DNA from: Ruminococcus albus 7 = DSM 20455
GTDB lineage: Bacteria > Bacillota > Clostridia > Oscillospirales > Ruminococcaceae
Direction: 5' to 3'
Length of the DNA stretch: 32,000 nucleotides
Assembly (NCBI RefSeq): GCF_000179635.2
Contig: NC_014833.1
Span: 3,090,001 to 3,122,000 of the forward strand
Shown here: piece after piece, positions 1-8,393 of the stretch
Position numbering within the stretch: the stretch's first letter is position 1
How the letters are laid out: the number at the start of each line of letters is the position of its first letter
Notes under the pieces: model-generated
Database searches by the model: none
Seen by the model: only the letters and a program-made list of their open reading frames with translations
What the model was told of the DNA's origin: nothing
Position numbers and translations under genes: made by a program

Positions 1-1472
1 ACCACATCTCCCGGCTCTACAAGTACCTTTGTCAGGTGACCGTAAAGCGTCAGGAAATCATTTCCGTGGTCTATTATTACGAAGTTTCCGTAACCGCCGC
101 CGCAGCCGCAGGACTCGTACTTGCCGTAGTCATGTGTGCAGGTGGTGTTAGTCATTATAACAGTACCGGTTTCGCAGGAATGTATCTCGTAGCCGTGATT
201 GCCGTTGATGTCTATACCCGTGTGATAGGTACCCCAACGCGCTCCGACACCGGAATTTATGGTATGATCCTGAGGAACAGGCCATGCGAAAGTATACGTC
301 GGTTCACTTTCGGGTATCTCCTCACCGTTCTTCAAGCGCTCCTTGATGCTGTCATGGAGCTCTTTCAGCCTCTCGTTTGCAAGTTCCTCTGTTGCCGCAA
401 CCTCCTCATCGAAGGGCACCGCGCCTATGGTAGGTTTAAGTATAGTGCCAAGGCTCTCAGCCGTCTTTATCTTTTCAAGATTGAACTGTGCTTCCTGCTC
501 CTTCAGCTTCTTCTGCTTTTCTCTCAGCAGATCCTTCGCCTGGGTGGAGGAATTGTATATCTCATCAAGCTTGGCTTTCTTCGCATCAAACAGTGCGTAC
601 TGCTTATCCAGCTCAGCCTGCTGATCATCCAGCGCTGCCTGCTTTACGCTGCAGGTCTCCTGCAAAGCGTACAGCTTGTCTATAATGTTGTCATCATGTT
701 TAGCTACCCTTTTGATAAGCTCCATTCGCATGAGTATATCATAGAAGCTGTCAGATTCCAGCAGTACCGTGGTATAAGAATCCGCGCCCGAAAGATAAAG
801 CGCTCTCATCCTCATTTTCAGACGTTCCACACCGTCCTCGATATTGCTGTTTATACGTTCAAGCTCGCGCCTGTTGCTGTTAACACGAAGTTCCAGCGCA
901 GACATTGATCTGTTGAGTATATACAGTTCGTTGTCCAGCTCCTCGGTGCGTTTTCTGATGCTCTTGAGCATCTTTTCCTCTTCACGCAGAGCCGTGTCCG
1001 CATCGGATATCTCCACCTTCAGCGCCGACTTCTTGCCGATCATATACCTCAGATCCTCGGATATCCTGGTAATATCGCTTTTTCCGGCAGGTACATCTGT
1101 TACCGTCGTTGTGTCAGCCGCCGATGTATTATCTGTCGTGCCTGCATTCGGATCCGTCCAGGTCTGATTCGGGTCAGTCCACGTCTGATTCGGGTCAGTC
1201 CACCCGTAATCGCCGCTGTAGCCATAGTCACCGCTGTAGCCGTAGTCGCCGCTATAACCGTAGTCACCGCTGTATCCGTAATCGCCGCTATAGCCATAAT
1301 CACCGCTGTAATCATAGTTGGTATATCCGCCGTAGTCATATCCGTAATCATAACCGTAGTCATAATCCGCCCTGACCCTTTCAGCATCTATACCGCTGCT
1401 TACCGCAGTAAACGTAATGCATACCGCCGCTGTCAGCGACAGTATCCTGATAAAGCCCTTTCGCTTGTTCAT
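1..1472 (-). CDS. Secreted coiled-coil M23 (LytM-type) metallopeptidase, paralog 1; 3' end runs off the window
   Basis: Absent from the ORF track because it is open at the window edge. My own minus-strand translation from the ATG at 1472 (last full codon 5..3) gives MNKRKGFIRILSLTAAVCITFTAVSS (signal peptide). This is followed by Tyr/Gly/Asp repeats and a long Glu/Lys/Leu-rich coiled-coil-like region. Next come YHTGIDI (M23 HxxxD) and CTHDYGKYESCGCGGGYGNFVIIDHGNDFLTLYGHL, collinear with the 1600..3186 protein. The + strand ORFs 36..908, 343..624 and 844..1167 are antisense shadows of this gene. Confidence 0.85.
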   Translation of the reverse strand, partial: MNKRKGFIRILSLTAAVCITFTAVSSGIDAERVRADYDYGYDYGYDYGGYTNYDYSGDYGYSGDYGYSGDYGYSGDYGYSGDYGYSGDYGWTDPNQTWTDPNQTWTDPNAGTTDNTSAADTTTVTDVPAGKSDITRISEDLRYMIGKKSALKVEISDADTALREEEKMLKSIRKRTEELDNELYILNRSMSALELRVNSNRRELERINSNIEDGVERLKMRMRALYLSGADSYTTVLLESDSFYDILMRMELIKRVAKHDDNIIDKLYALQETCSVKQAALDDQQAELDKQYALFDAKKAKLDEIYNSSTQAKDLLREKQKKLKEQEAQFNLEKIKTAESLGTILKPTIGAVPFDEEVAATEELANERLKELHDSIKERLKNGEEIPESEPTYTFAWPVPQDHTINSGVGARWGTYHTGIDINGNHGYEIHSCETGTVIMTNTTCTHDYGKYESCGCGGGYGNFVIIDHGNDFLTLYGHLTKVLVEPGDV

Positions 1473-1547
1473 TTTACACTCCTTTTAGGCAAAAGAAGGT
1501 TTCTCACCACATAAAAATATCATATAAACAACAAAAACTCACACCCA

Positions 1548-1576
1548 TCCCGACAGCAGTGTTACTGCCGTCGGGA
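1548..1576 (-). terminator. Hairpin downstream of the second M23 gene (possible terminator)
   Basis: Minus strand reads TCCCGACGGCAG-taaca-CTGCTGTCGGGA, a 12 bp stem with one G-U pair. The T-run (GTTTTTG) lies about 10 nt further on, so this is not a textbook terminator. Confidence 0.45.
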
Positions 1577-1599
1577 CAAGTGAAAGAAAGCAATAAATA

Positions 1600-3186
1600 T
1601 TATACGTAGTTAGAGGGATCCACCTGACCCATATAACCGCCCATATCCACCTGTACCTCAAAATGAGTGTGAGGACCTGTGGAATGACCTGTTGAACCTA
1701 CATAGCCAAGTACCTGTTCCTTTTCTACGCGCTGTCCCACAGATACGATGATGTTGTTTGCGTGGCCGTAAAGAGTCCACTTGCCGTCATCATGCTCGAT
1801 TATGCAGTATCTGCCGTATCCGCCGCCGCAGCCGCAGGAATAGTTCTTGCCGTAATCGTGAGGACAATAGTTCTCTGCCCTGATAACGACACCTGCCTCA
1901 GCAGCGCATATCTCTGCATTGTATATCTGACCATCGTAGATATCTATACCCTTGTGGTTACCATAAAGTGAACCGGAATTACGCCATCCGAAACCGAATG
2001 ATATATTGTAGTGACCGGGTACAGGCCATGTGAGATTGGATTTAGAGTTTGTGTAGCCGTAAGCTGCGTTCTTGCCCACCGTAGGTATCGGTGCAGGGGG
2101 AACGTACTCACTGCTGTCATTACCTGAGCTGCTGTTATCACCGTAACTGCTGTTGTCGGTATCATTTCCGCTGTTATCGGTATCGTTACCGCTGCTGTTC
2201 TGGTCATCATCGTTATTCACGATCTCAGCCGCCTTCTTAGCCTCTGCCTCCTGGCGCAGTCTTTCCTCTTCTTCCTTCTTCTTGCGTTCTTCCTCCTGAC
2301 GAGCCTTCTCCTCGTCAGCCTTCTTCTTTTCAGCTGTCTTGATCGCCATACGTTCACTGTACAGCTGATCAAGTTCCTTCTCAAACTGAGCTCTCTCCTG
2401 CTCGATTATAGCAAGATTGTTCTCATAGATCTCCTTGTCGCCATTTTTCTGATCAATTATGATCTGACTCTCGTTAACAAGCTGAGCCAGCTTGTTTCTC
2501 TGACCTTCGTTAGCTTCTTTCTGAGTTTCAAGGTCAGCCTGCTTAACTTCCAGTTCAGCCTTCTGTGAATTGAGTTCAGCCACATCAGCCTCATACTTGT
2601 TCTTCAGGTCAACAAGACCGTCTATCATATCATCATCGTGCTCAGCAACTCTCTTGACCAGCTCCATCTTCATAAGCATATCATAAAAGTCCGAAGCACC
2701 GACGATTATATCCGAATATGTATTATTGCCGGCAACGTACATGGTCTTGAGCCTTACCTTGAAGTCATTCACACCCTGTACTATCTGCTCGTGCTGCTCT
2801 TCTACCTGGGTCTCCTTCTCAGCTATGGATGTTTCCAGCGCAGAGATCTCATCCTGTGTTGCAGCTATAGTTTCATTCAGTGCAAGTATGGTCTTCTGCA
2901 CTGTTGCTACCTGTTCCTCGATAGCTTCCTTGTTTTCCTTCTCGGACTGTATATCGTCCTTGGTTTCAGCTATCTTCTTGTCAAGTTCTTCCTGCTTAGC
3001 TATAAGGTCAGCTATGTCCTGCTTTTTATCAGAGATGTCGTTCTGATTTTCCTTCAGCTCCTTGCTTACGGCATGGGCATTGTCAGCATTTATCATGCCT
3101 GCACCTGTGCCTGAAAAAGCCGATATACATATCATAACAGCAGCAGTACAAGCAACAACTTTCTTAAAGCCTGTCAGTCTGTTCAT
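1600..3186 (-). CDS. Secreted coiled-coil M23 (LytM-type) metallopeptidase, paralog 2
   Basis: Track ORF is 1600..3207. I prefer the ATG at 3186 (MNRLTGFKK...) because GGAGGA lies 7 nt upstream. The protein has an N-terminal hydrophobic signal/anchor and about 300 aa of heptad-like E/K/Q/L-rich sequence. An N/D/S-rich linker follows. The M23 motifs are present: NHKGIDI (HxxxD), GYGRYCIIEH, LYGH and GPHTHFEV (HxH). Confidence 0.9.
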   Translation of the reverse strand: MNRLTGFKKVVACTAAVMICISAFSGTGAGMINADNAHAVSKELKENQNDISDKKQDIADLIAKQEELDKKIAETKDDIQSEKENKEAIEEQVATVQKTILALNETIAATQDEISALETSIAEKETQVEEQHEQIVQGVNDFKVRLKTMYVAGNNTYSDIIVGASDFYDMLMKMELVKRVAEHDDDMIDGLVDLKNKYEADVAELNSQKAELEVKQADLETQKEANEGQRNKLAQLVNESQIIIDQKNGDKEIYENNLAIIEQERAQFEKELDQLYSERMAIKTAEKKKADEEKARQEEERKKKEEEERLRQEAEAKKAAEIVNNDDDQNSSGNDTDNSGNDTDNSSYGDNSSSGNDSSEYVPPAPIPTVGKNAAYGYTNSKSNLTWPVPGHYNISFGFGWRNSGSLYGNHKGIDIYDGQIYNAEICAAEAGVVIRAENYCPHDYGKNYSCGCGGGYGRYCIIEHDDGKWTLYGHANNIIVSVGQRVEKEQVLGYVGSTGHSTGPHTHFEVQVDMGGYMGQVDPSNYV

Positions 3187-3370
3187 TTTGAATTCCTCCA
3201 TGGTCACTGCAGCTCTGTCTTTATATTTTACCGCAGATTTTTACACAAAACGTCGATAACTAATTTTCTTTGGAATATTTTGGTATTCCTAAAGGAAAAG
3301 GCAGAAAACGATCGACCCCGTCCCCTGCCTGATTGTCAATTATGCAAGCGCTTTTTACACGCCTGCTTTA

Positions 3371-4276
3371 TTACACTTTAAGGTGTTTGCCGGTGCTGAT
3401 AGAAGTACCCACCGCGCCGATAACAGCGCCTGCTGCAAGATAAGATATACTTACGGGGACCAGCAGATCCTTGAAGGAGTAGAGCTTCTTCATACCCAGT
3501 ATGACCCATATAGCTGAATCATCACTAAAAATATTATATACGCCTTCGTATGCGAACTTAGTCATCAGCAGCGCACCGATAGCTGCCAGAATACCTACTA
3601 TCATACCCTCCACGAAGAAAGGTATCCTTATGAAGGAGTTTGTCGCACCGACGTACTTCATTATATTTATCTCCTTGCGTCTTGCAAAAACGCTTGCCCT
3701 TGTGGTGTTGGAGATAATTACCAGACTTACTACGACAAGTGCCGATACAACAGCCACAGCTATGATACTGAATATCCTTCTTATGCTTATGAGCACATCA
3801 GCGAAGGATGTAGGTGACTGTGTAGAATCAACGTAGTCAAGTGTTTCTATCTGAGCCGTAGTATCGCTCATTATCTCTATATCCTTGACTGTCAGTCTGA
3901 ATGTATCGGGCAGAGGGTTCTCATCTGCATACTTGAAGAATGCACGTTCCTCCTCTGTCATGCTTTCGAGCATACCCTTCCAGGCTTCATCCTTGCTGTA
4001 CAGCGAAATGCTGTTGATGTTCGGTATAGCCTTCAGGTGCTCCTCCAGCTCTTTCTCATTTTCCTTTGTGGCGTTATCGCTTATAACGACAACTACCTCA
4101 CTTTTATCCTCAATGCCCGTGATTATCCTTGTAAGGTTTATCGCGGTAAGGCTTGCCAGACCAACCATAAGCAGGCTGACAAGGAGTATACAGAACGATG
4201 CAAAGGTCATCATCCTGTTTTTCCAAATACCCGTTACGCCCTGATGGACAAGATAACGGAAGCTGCTAGCCTTCAT
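3371..4276 (-). CDS. ftsX: Cell-division ABC transporter permease FtsX
   Basis: MKASSFRYLVHQGVTGIWKNRMMTFAS is a typical FtsX N-terminus. There is a large extracytoplasmic loop and 3 C-terminal TM helices. The track start (GTG at 4285) abuts the SD. The ATG at 4276 has GGGAGGTG 6 nt upstream and overlaps the ftsE stop by 11 nt. Confidence 0.9.
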   Translation of the reverse strand: MKASSFRYLVHQGVTGIWKNRMMTFASFCILLVSLLMVGLASLTAINLTRIITGIEDKSEVVVVISDNATKENEKELEEHLKAIPNINSISLYSKDEAWKGMLESMTEEERAFFKYADENPLPDTFRLTVKDIEIMSDTTAQIETLDYVDSTQSPTSFADVLISIRRIFSIIAVAVVSALVVVSLVIISNTTRASVFARRKEINIMKYVGATNSFIRIPFFVEGMIVGILAAIGALLMTKFAYEGVYNIFSDDSAIWVILGMKKLYSFKDLLVPVSISYLAAGAVIGAVGTSISTGKHLKV

Positions 4277-4955
4277 CCTGTGCACCTCCCACTACCTCGT
4301 CGAAATCAACAGATCCCTTGTTTATGTTGATTATACGTCCGCCGAAATAACGCACCAGATCATGCTCATGGGTAACCATTAGTATGGTAGTGCCGCATTC
4401 ATTTATGCCCTTCAGCAGTTCGACTATCTCATAAGAAAGTGCAGGGTCGATATTACCCGTGGGCTCGTCTGCGATTATCAGCTGGGGGTCATTGACAAGT
4501 GCCCTTGCCAGTGCCACACGCTGCTGTTCACCGCCCGAAAGCTCGGTAGGATAACATTTAGCCTTGTCTGAAAGTCCCACAAGACTTATAACGTATGGGA
4601 CTCTGCTCCTGATATACTTTGCGGGAGCGTCTATAACACGCAGCACGAATGCCACGTTCTCATATACCGTCATAGTAGGTATGAGCCTGAAATCCTGGAA
4701 CACAACGCCGATAGTTCTTCTCAGCGCAGGAACCTTGCTTCTTCTCATCTTTTTCAGGTTGAAGCCGTTTACCAGGACTGTACCGCTGGTCGCATCTATT
4801 TCTTTAAGTACCAGCTTGATAAGGGTGGATTTACCCGCACCCGAGGGTCCGACCACGAAAGCGAAATCGCCGTCGTTGATCTTGAGATTAACTTTGTTTA
4901 GCGCGTCAACGCCACTTGAATTGTAAGTGACGGAAACGTCTTGAAACTCTACCAA
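4266..4955 (-). CDS. ftsE: Cell-division ATP-binding protein FtsE
   Basis: Walker A GPSGAGKST, ABC signature LSGGEQQR and Walker B LIIADEPT are all present. The N-terminus MVEFQDVSVTY matches FtsE. The start codon is TTG. It lies immediately upstream of ftsX. Confidence 0.93.
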   Translation of the reverse strand: MVEFQDVSVTYNSSGVDALNKVNLKINDGDFAFVVGPSGAGKSTLIKLVLKEIDATSGTVLVNGFNLKKMRRSKVPALRRTIGVVFQDFRLIPTMTVYENVAFVLRVIDAPAKYIRSRVPYVISLVGLSDKAKCYPTELSGGEQQRVALARALVNDPQLIIADEPTGNIDPALSYEIVELLKGINECGTTILMVTHEHDLVRYFGGRIININKGSVDFDEVVGGAQDEG

Positions 4956-5010
4956 AATTTTACACCGCCTTACAGTTTACGGACTTACGTCCGCGCCCAT
5001 AAGCTTGTCC

Positions 5011-6096
5011 TTAGAATTTGACAGGATTAGCGGAGAGATACTTCTTCACCATCAGTGCTATCTTGAATATGATAGCGTGGTCAAATTCTCTCAGGTCAAG
5101 ACCTGTGAGCTTCTTTATCTTTTCAAGTCTGTACACCAGAGTATTTCTGTGTACAAACAGTTTTCTCGATGTTTCGGACACGTTCAGGTTGTTCTCGAAG
5201 AACTTCTGTATAGTGAACAGTGTTTCGTGATCGAGAGAATCTATTGAGCCCTTCTTGAATACTTCCTTCAGGAAAGTCTCACACAGGGTAGTAGGCAGAT
5301 GGTATATCAGCCTTGCGATACCCAGATCGTCATAGGAAACGATATTCTTGTCAGTATCAAACACCTTGCCGACTTCAAGAGATACCTGAGCTTCCTTGAA
5401 AGAACGCGCAAGATCCCTGACGCCCTCGATAACAGTACCGATGCCGACATTTACTCTTGTATAGAACTCACTTGACAGAGTATCAGAGATACTTCTTGCC
5501 AGCTTCTCCAGATCCTTTGTTTCAACGCCCGAAGCAACTTCCTTTACAAGTACTATATCGCTCTCGGTGATATTGAATACGAAGTCCTTGTTCTTGTCGG
5601 GGAACAGGTTCTGGATAACATCGTAAGCGGATACATCGTTGGATGATACTATCCTTATCAGCAGTACGACTCTTGATATATCCGAGCTGAAGTGGAGTTC
5701 TCTAGCCTTTACGTGTACATCACCCGGCAGTACGTTGTCGAGCACTACATTCTTGATGAAGTTGTTTCTGTCGTACTTCTCATCGTAGTACTGCTTGATG
5801 CTGGACAGAGTGATAGCCAGTATGCTGGCATACTTGGCAGCCACCTCATCTGTACCCTCAACGAATACAGCATAATCGGGCTTCATGTGAGCGCCGAAAG
5901 GCTTGTAGGTATAACCGTCACGTACAAAGATGTCATGGGAATCTCCCAGATCCAGCGAAACGAACTCATTGGTAGTGCCTACCTGTGCCAGTTCCGAGCA
6001 GGCGATTATGGTCGCAGTCTCGTCAATAACACCGATAACGCAGTCGATGGTGTCTCGCATCTGATGAACAACGCTTTGAAATAATCTGTTTGACAT
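5011..6096 (-). CDS. PucR/CdaR-family transcriptional regulator
   Basis: The C-terminal PucR-type HTH reads SETSRKLFVHRNTLVYRLEKIKKLTGLDLREF. The N-terminal region resembles sugar-diacid-regulator sensor domains. SD AGAGGGGA lies 7 nt upstream. The gap to ftsE is only 55 nt. Confidence 0.8.
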   Translation of the reverse strand: MSNRLFQSVVHQMRDTIDCVIGVIDETATIIACSELAQVGTTNEFVSLDLGDSHDIFVRDGYTYKPFGAHMKPDYAVFVEGTDEVAAKYASILAITLSSIKQYYDEKYDRNNFIKNVVLDNVLPGDVHVKARELHFSSDISRVVLLIRIVSSNDVSAYDVIQNLFPDKNKDFVFNITESDIVLVKEVASGVETKDLEKLARSISDTLSSEFYTRVNVGIGTVIEGVRDLARSFKEAQVSLEVGKVFDTDKNIVSYDDLGIARLIYHLPTTLCETFLKEVFKKGSIDSLDHETLFTIQKFFENNLNVSETSRKLFVHRNTLVYRLEKIKKLTGLDLREFDHAIIFKIALMVKKYLSANPVKF

Positions 6097-6444
6097 AATT
6101 TGATCCCCTCTACTTGCATTTTATTGTCTTGTTCTGTTTTGCATTTTTCGCAAAACATTCGCTTACAATAATTATAACAAAAAAAATAGGATTTTGCAAG
6201 TGGTTTATAGTAAAAAGTGTAGATTTCTCAAAAAAAACTTTTCACTTTATCCGAAATCGCCTGTCGGGGACTTCGATATGTTACAAATTGTAACATATTT
6301 TTCTCCTGAATGTGTGAATATATTGTAAAATTAAAAGGTTCATTGTGTATTTTCCACAAATTCAGCCAATGAAAATCTACGGCATCAATACTATTTTGTA
6401 ACCATTGAACATTTTGTTGAAATGTTTTCCAAGCAGCGATATGA

Positions 6445-6481
6445 TACAAAAAAAACAGACCATCACCACGGACAGTCTGTT
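6445..6481 (-). terminator. Rho-independent terminator of ptsH
   Basis: Minus strand reads AACAGAC-14 nt loop-GTCTGTT followed by TTTTTTGT. Confidence 0.6.
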
Positions 6482-6500
6482 ATTTCTATTCTTATCCTTA

Positions 6501-6773
6501 TTATCTTGCTTCCTCAGCAAAGCCGCTGTCAACCAGATCAACCAGACCCTTTACAGCCTCTTCCTCGTCAGCGCCGTCAGCAATTATCTTGATGGTAGTT
6601 CCGCCAACGATACCCAGTGAAAGAATACCAAGCAGGCTCTTAGCGTTTACTCTTCTGTCCTCTTTCTCGATCCAGATGGATGACTTGAACTCGTTAGCCT
6701 TCTGAATAAAGAAGGTAGCAGGACGAGCGTGCAGACCTACCTGATTCTGAACAACAACAGTATTCTGTAACAT
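6501..6773 (-). CDS. ptsH: Phosphocarrier protein HPr
   Basis: GLHARPA contains the phospho-His15. VNAKSLLGILSLG contains the regulatory Ser46. The 90 aa size is typical. Confidence 0.93.
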   Translation of the reverse strand: MLQNTVVVQNQVGLHARPATFFIQKANEFKSSIWIEKEDRRVNAKSLLGILSLGIVGGTTIKIIADGADEEEAVKGLVDLVDSGFAEEAR

Positions 6774-6863
6774 GATGCGATCTCTCCAATCCCAATAAGT
6801 TTATAAAACATTTTCACAGTCCTTATACGGAGCGGGGAGTTTTTCCTCCCTGTTCCATAATAT

Positions 6864-6892
6864 ATTATACCCGACAACGTTCCTTTAGTCAA
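6864..6892 (-). promoter_or_regulatory. Sigma-A type promoter for ptsH
   Basis: Minus strand reads TTGACT-17 nt-TATAAT, about 90 nt upstream of the ptsH ATG. Confidence 0.55.
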
Positions 6893-7068
6893 CGCAAAAT
6901 TTAAACAAACCACCGCCGCGGCCAAGATTTTCGTTGCTTTCGCCTACAAACCGTTAACAATCGTCGATACTCTAAGGCTAACTTGCACAATAAGTCAATA
7001 TATTTTGTATCACTCTGTCCAAATCTTTTTAACATCTTTATCAGTTATGCCCAATAAATATCAAACGC

Positions 7069-7803
7069 TTATTTGTCAAAATTCACAACTTTGTGTATTA
7101 TTGCCAAATCATCGTCGGAAAGTTCTAGTTTTTCAAGCAGCTCGGGGCGCTTTCTCGCTGTGGTTATAAGAGCCTGTTCATGCCGCCATTTTTTGATGTT
7201 TGCATGGTGTCCCGAAAGCAGTATCTCGGGCACTCTCATATCGTGCCACACCTCGGGTCTTGTGTACTGAGGATACTCCAGCAGGCCGTTATAATGACTT
7301 TCGTCCTCATAGCAATCGGGCTGGGAAAGGGTGCCCTCCAGCATACGCACTACCGAATCCACAAGCACCAGCGCAGGCAGCTCTCCGCCTGTGAGCACAT
7401 AGTCACCTATGGATATCTCCTCGTCCACCAGAGTTTCTATGATACGCTCATCAACGCCCTCATAGTGTCCGCAGAGGATAAATATATCCTCCATCTGCGC
7501 CAGCTCTCTGCACCTCTGCTGAGTAAGTGTACGTCCCTGTGGTGACATATATATCACATGAGGTTTTCTGCGCCCCTCTGTCACTGCCTCATAGCAGTTG
7601 AATATGGGGTCACACTGCATAAGCATACCCTTCTGCTCGCTGTAGGGCGTATCATCGACCCTCCTGTGCTTATCCTTAGTATATGCACGTATATCGTGAC
7701 ATTTCACAGTGAATATATCCTTTGCTCTCGCCCTGCCCACTATGCTCTGTGAAAGATAATTCTCCAGCATTTCGGGGAACAGCGTTGCGATATCTATATT
7801 CAT
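7069..7803 (-). CDS. trmD: tRNA (guanine37-N1)-methyltransferase
   Basis: MNIDIATLFPEM and GDYVLTGGELPALVLVDSVVR are TrmD signatures. The ATGA overlap with rimM is the conserved arrangement. Confidence 0.95.
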   Translation of the reverse strand: MNIDIATLFPEMLENYLSQSIVGRARAKDIFTVKCHDIRAYTKDKHRRVDDTPYSEQKGMLMQCDPIFNCYEAVTEGRRKPHVIYMSPQGRTLTQQRCRELAQMEDIFILCGHYEGVDERIIETLVDEEISIGDYVLTGGELPALVLVDSVVRMLEGTLSQPDCYEDESHYNGLLEYPQYTRPEVWHDMRVPEILLSGHHANIKKWRHEQALITTARKRPELLEKLELSDDDLAIIHKVVNFDK

Positions 7804-8318
7804 CTTATTTCCTCCGCATCGTCAAAAAGTCCCTCCAGGGGAGTTATCTTCATAACGCCGCCCTCAACGTCGGTTTCTGCGATGACCGAGGGTATTGCAG
7901 GAATGTAGTACATCTTGCCGCTCTCGCTTTTAATATGGTATACATCGTTAGCACCTGTCTCGCTGACTTCAGTAAGCACACCGTATTCCTTTCCGCTGTT
8001 CAGGTCGATGACTTTCAGACCTATCAGGTCCTGTACGAAATAGGTATCCTCGCCCAGTTCAACGTCTTCCCTGTCGAGATAAAGCACGCGGTTGCGTATC
8101 TTCTGGGCTTCTTCCACCGAATCTACGCCCTTTATCTTCATAACGACTATATTCTTCTGAACTCTCGCACGCTCAACCTCAACAGGCGTACCGCTCTTGT
8201 AGTACAGCGTGTCGAATTCACAGAGAAAGTCAGGGGTATCACACCAGGGCTGTACCTTGACCTCCCCTTTCAATCCGAACACCGATACTATCTTTCCTGC
8301 TTCAAGCAGTTTATTCAT
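7800..8318 (-). CDS. rimM: 16S rRNA processing protein RimM
   Basis: GKIVSVFGLKGEVKV matches the RimM N-terminus. A PRC-barrel-like C-terminus is present. The gene is directly upstream of and overlapping trmD. Confidence 0.9.
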   Translation of the reverse strand: MNKLLEAGKIVSVFGLKGEVKVQPWCDTPDFLCEFDTLYYKSGTPVEVERARVQKNIVVMKIKGVDSVEEAQKIRNRVLYLDREDVELGEDTYFVQDLIGLKVIDLNSGKEYGVLTEVSETGANDVYHIKSESGKMYYIPAIPSVIAETDVEGGVMKITPLEGLFDDAEEIR

Positions 8319-8393
8319 AATGTCACATCCTTATTAAATGTATATCTGTTCTTTTATCTCCGCTATATGAGGCTGTTCGCTTTCAGTATCGGC

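Noticed and set aside
1140-1307. Regular 18- and 21-nt direct repeats as a possible CRISPR array or minisatellite
   Set aside because: The units are contiguous with no spacers, in frame, and encode SGDYGY and WTDPNQT peptide repeats within a CDS.
36-1387. Track ORFs 36..908 (+, 290 aa), 343..624, 488..685, 844..1167, 1109..1375 (+) and 1100..1387 (-)
   Set aside because: All lie inside or antisense to the minus-strand M23 peptidase gene (1..1472), which has a clear signal peptide, coiled coil and M23 motifs. The alternative products are low complexity (L/S/C-rich, or T/A/I/M-rich from reading the repeat array out of frame).
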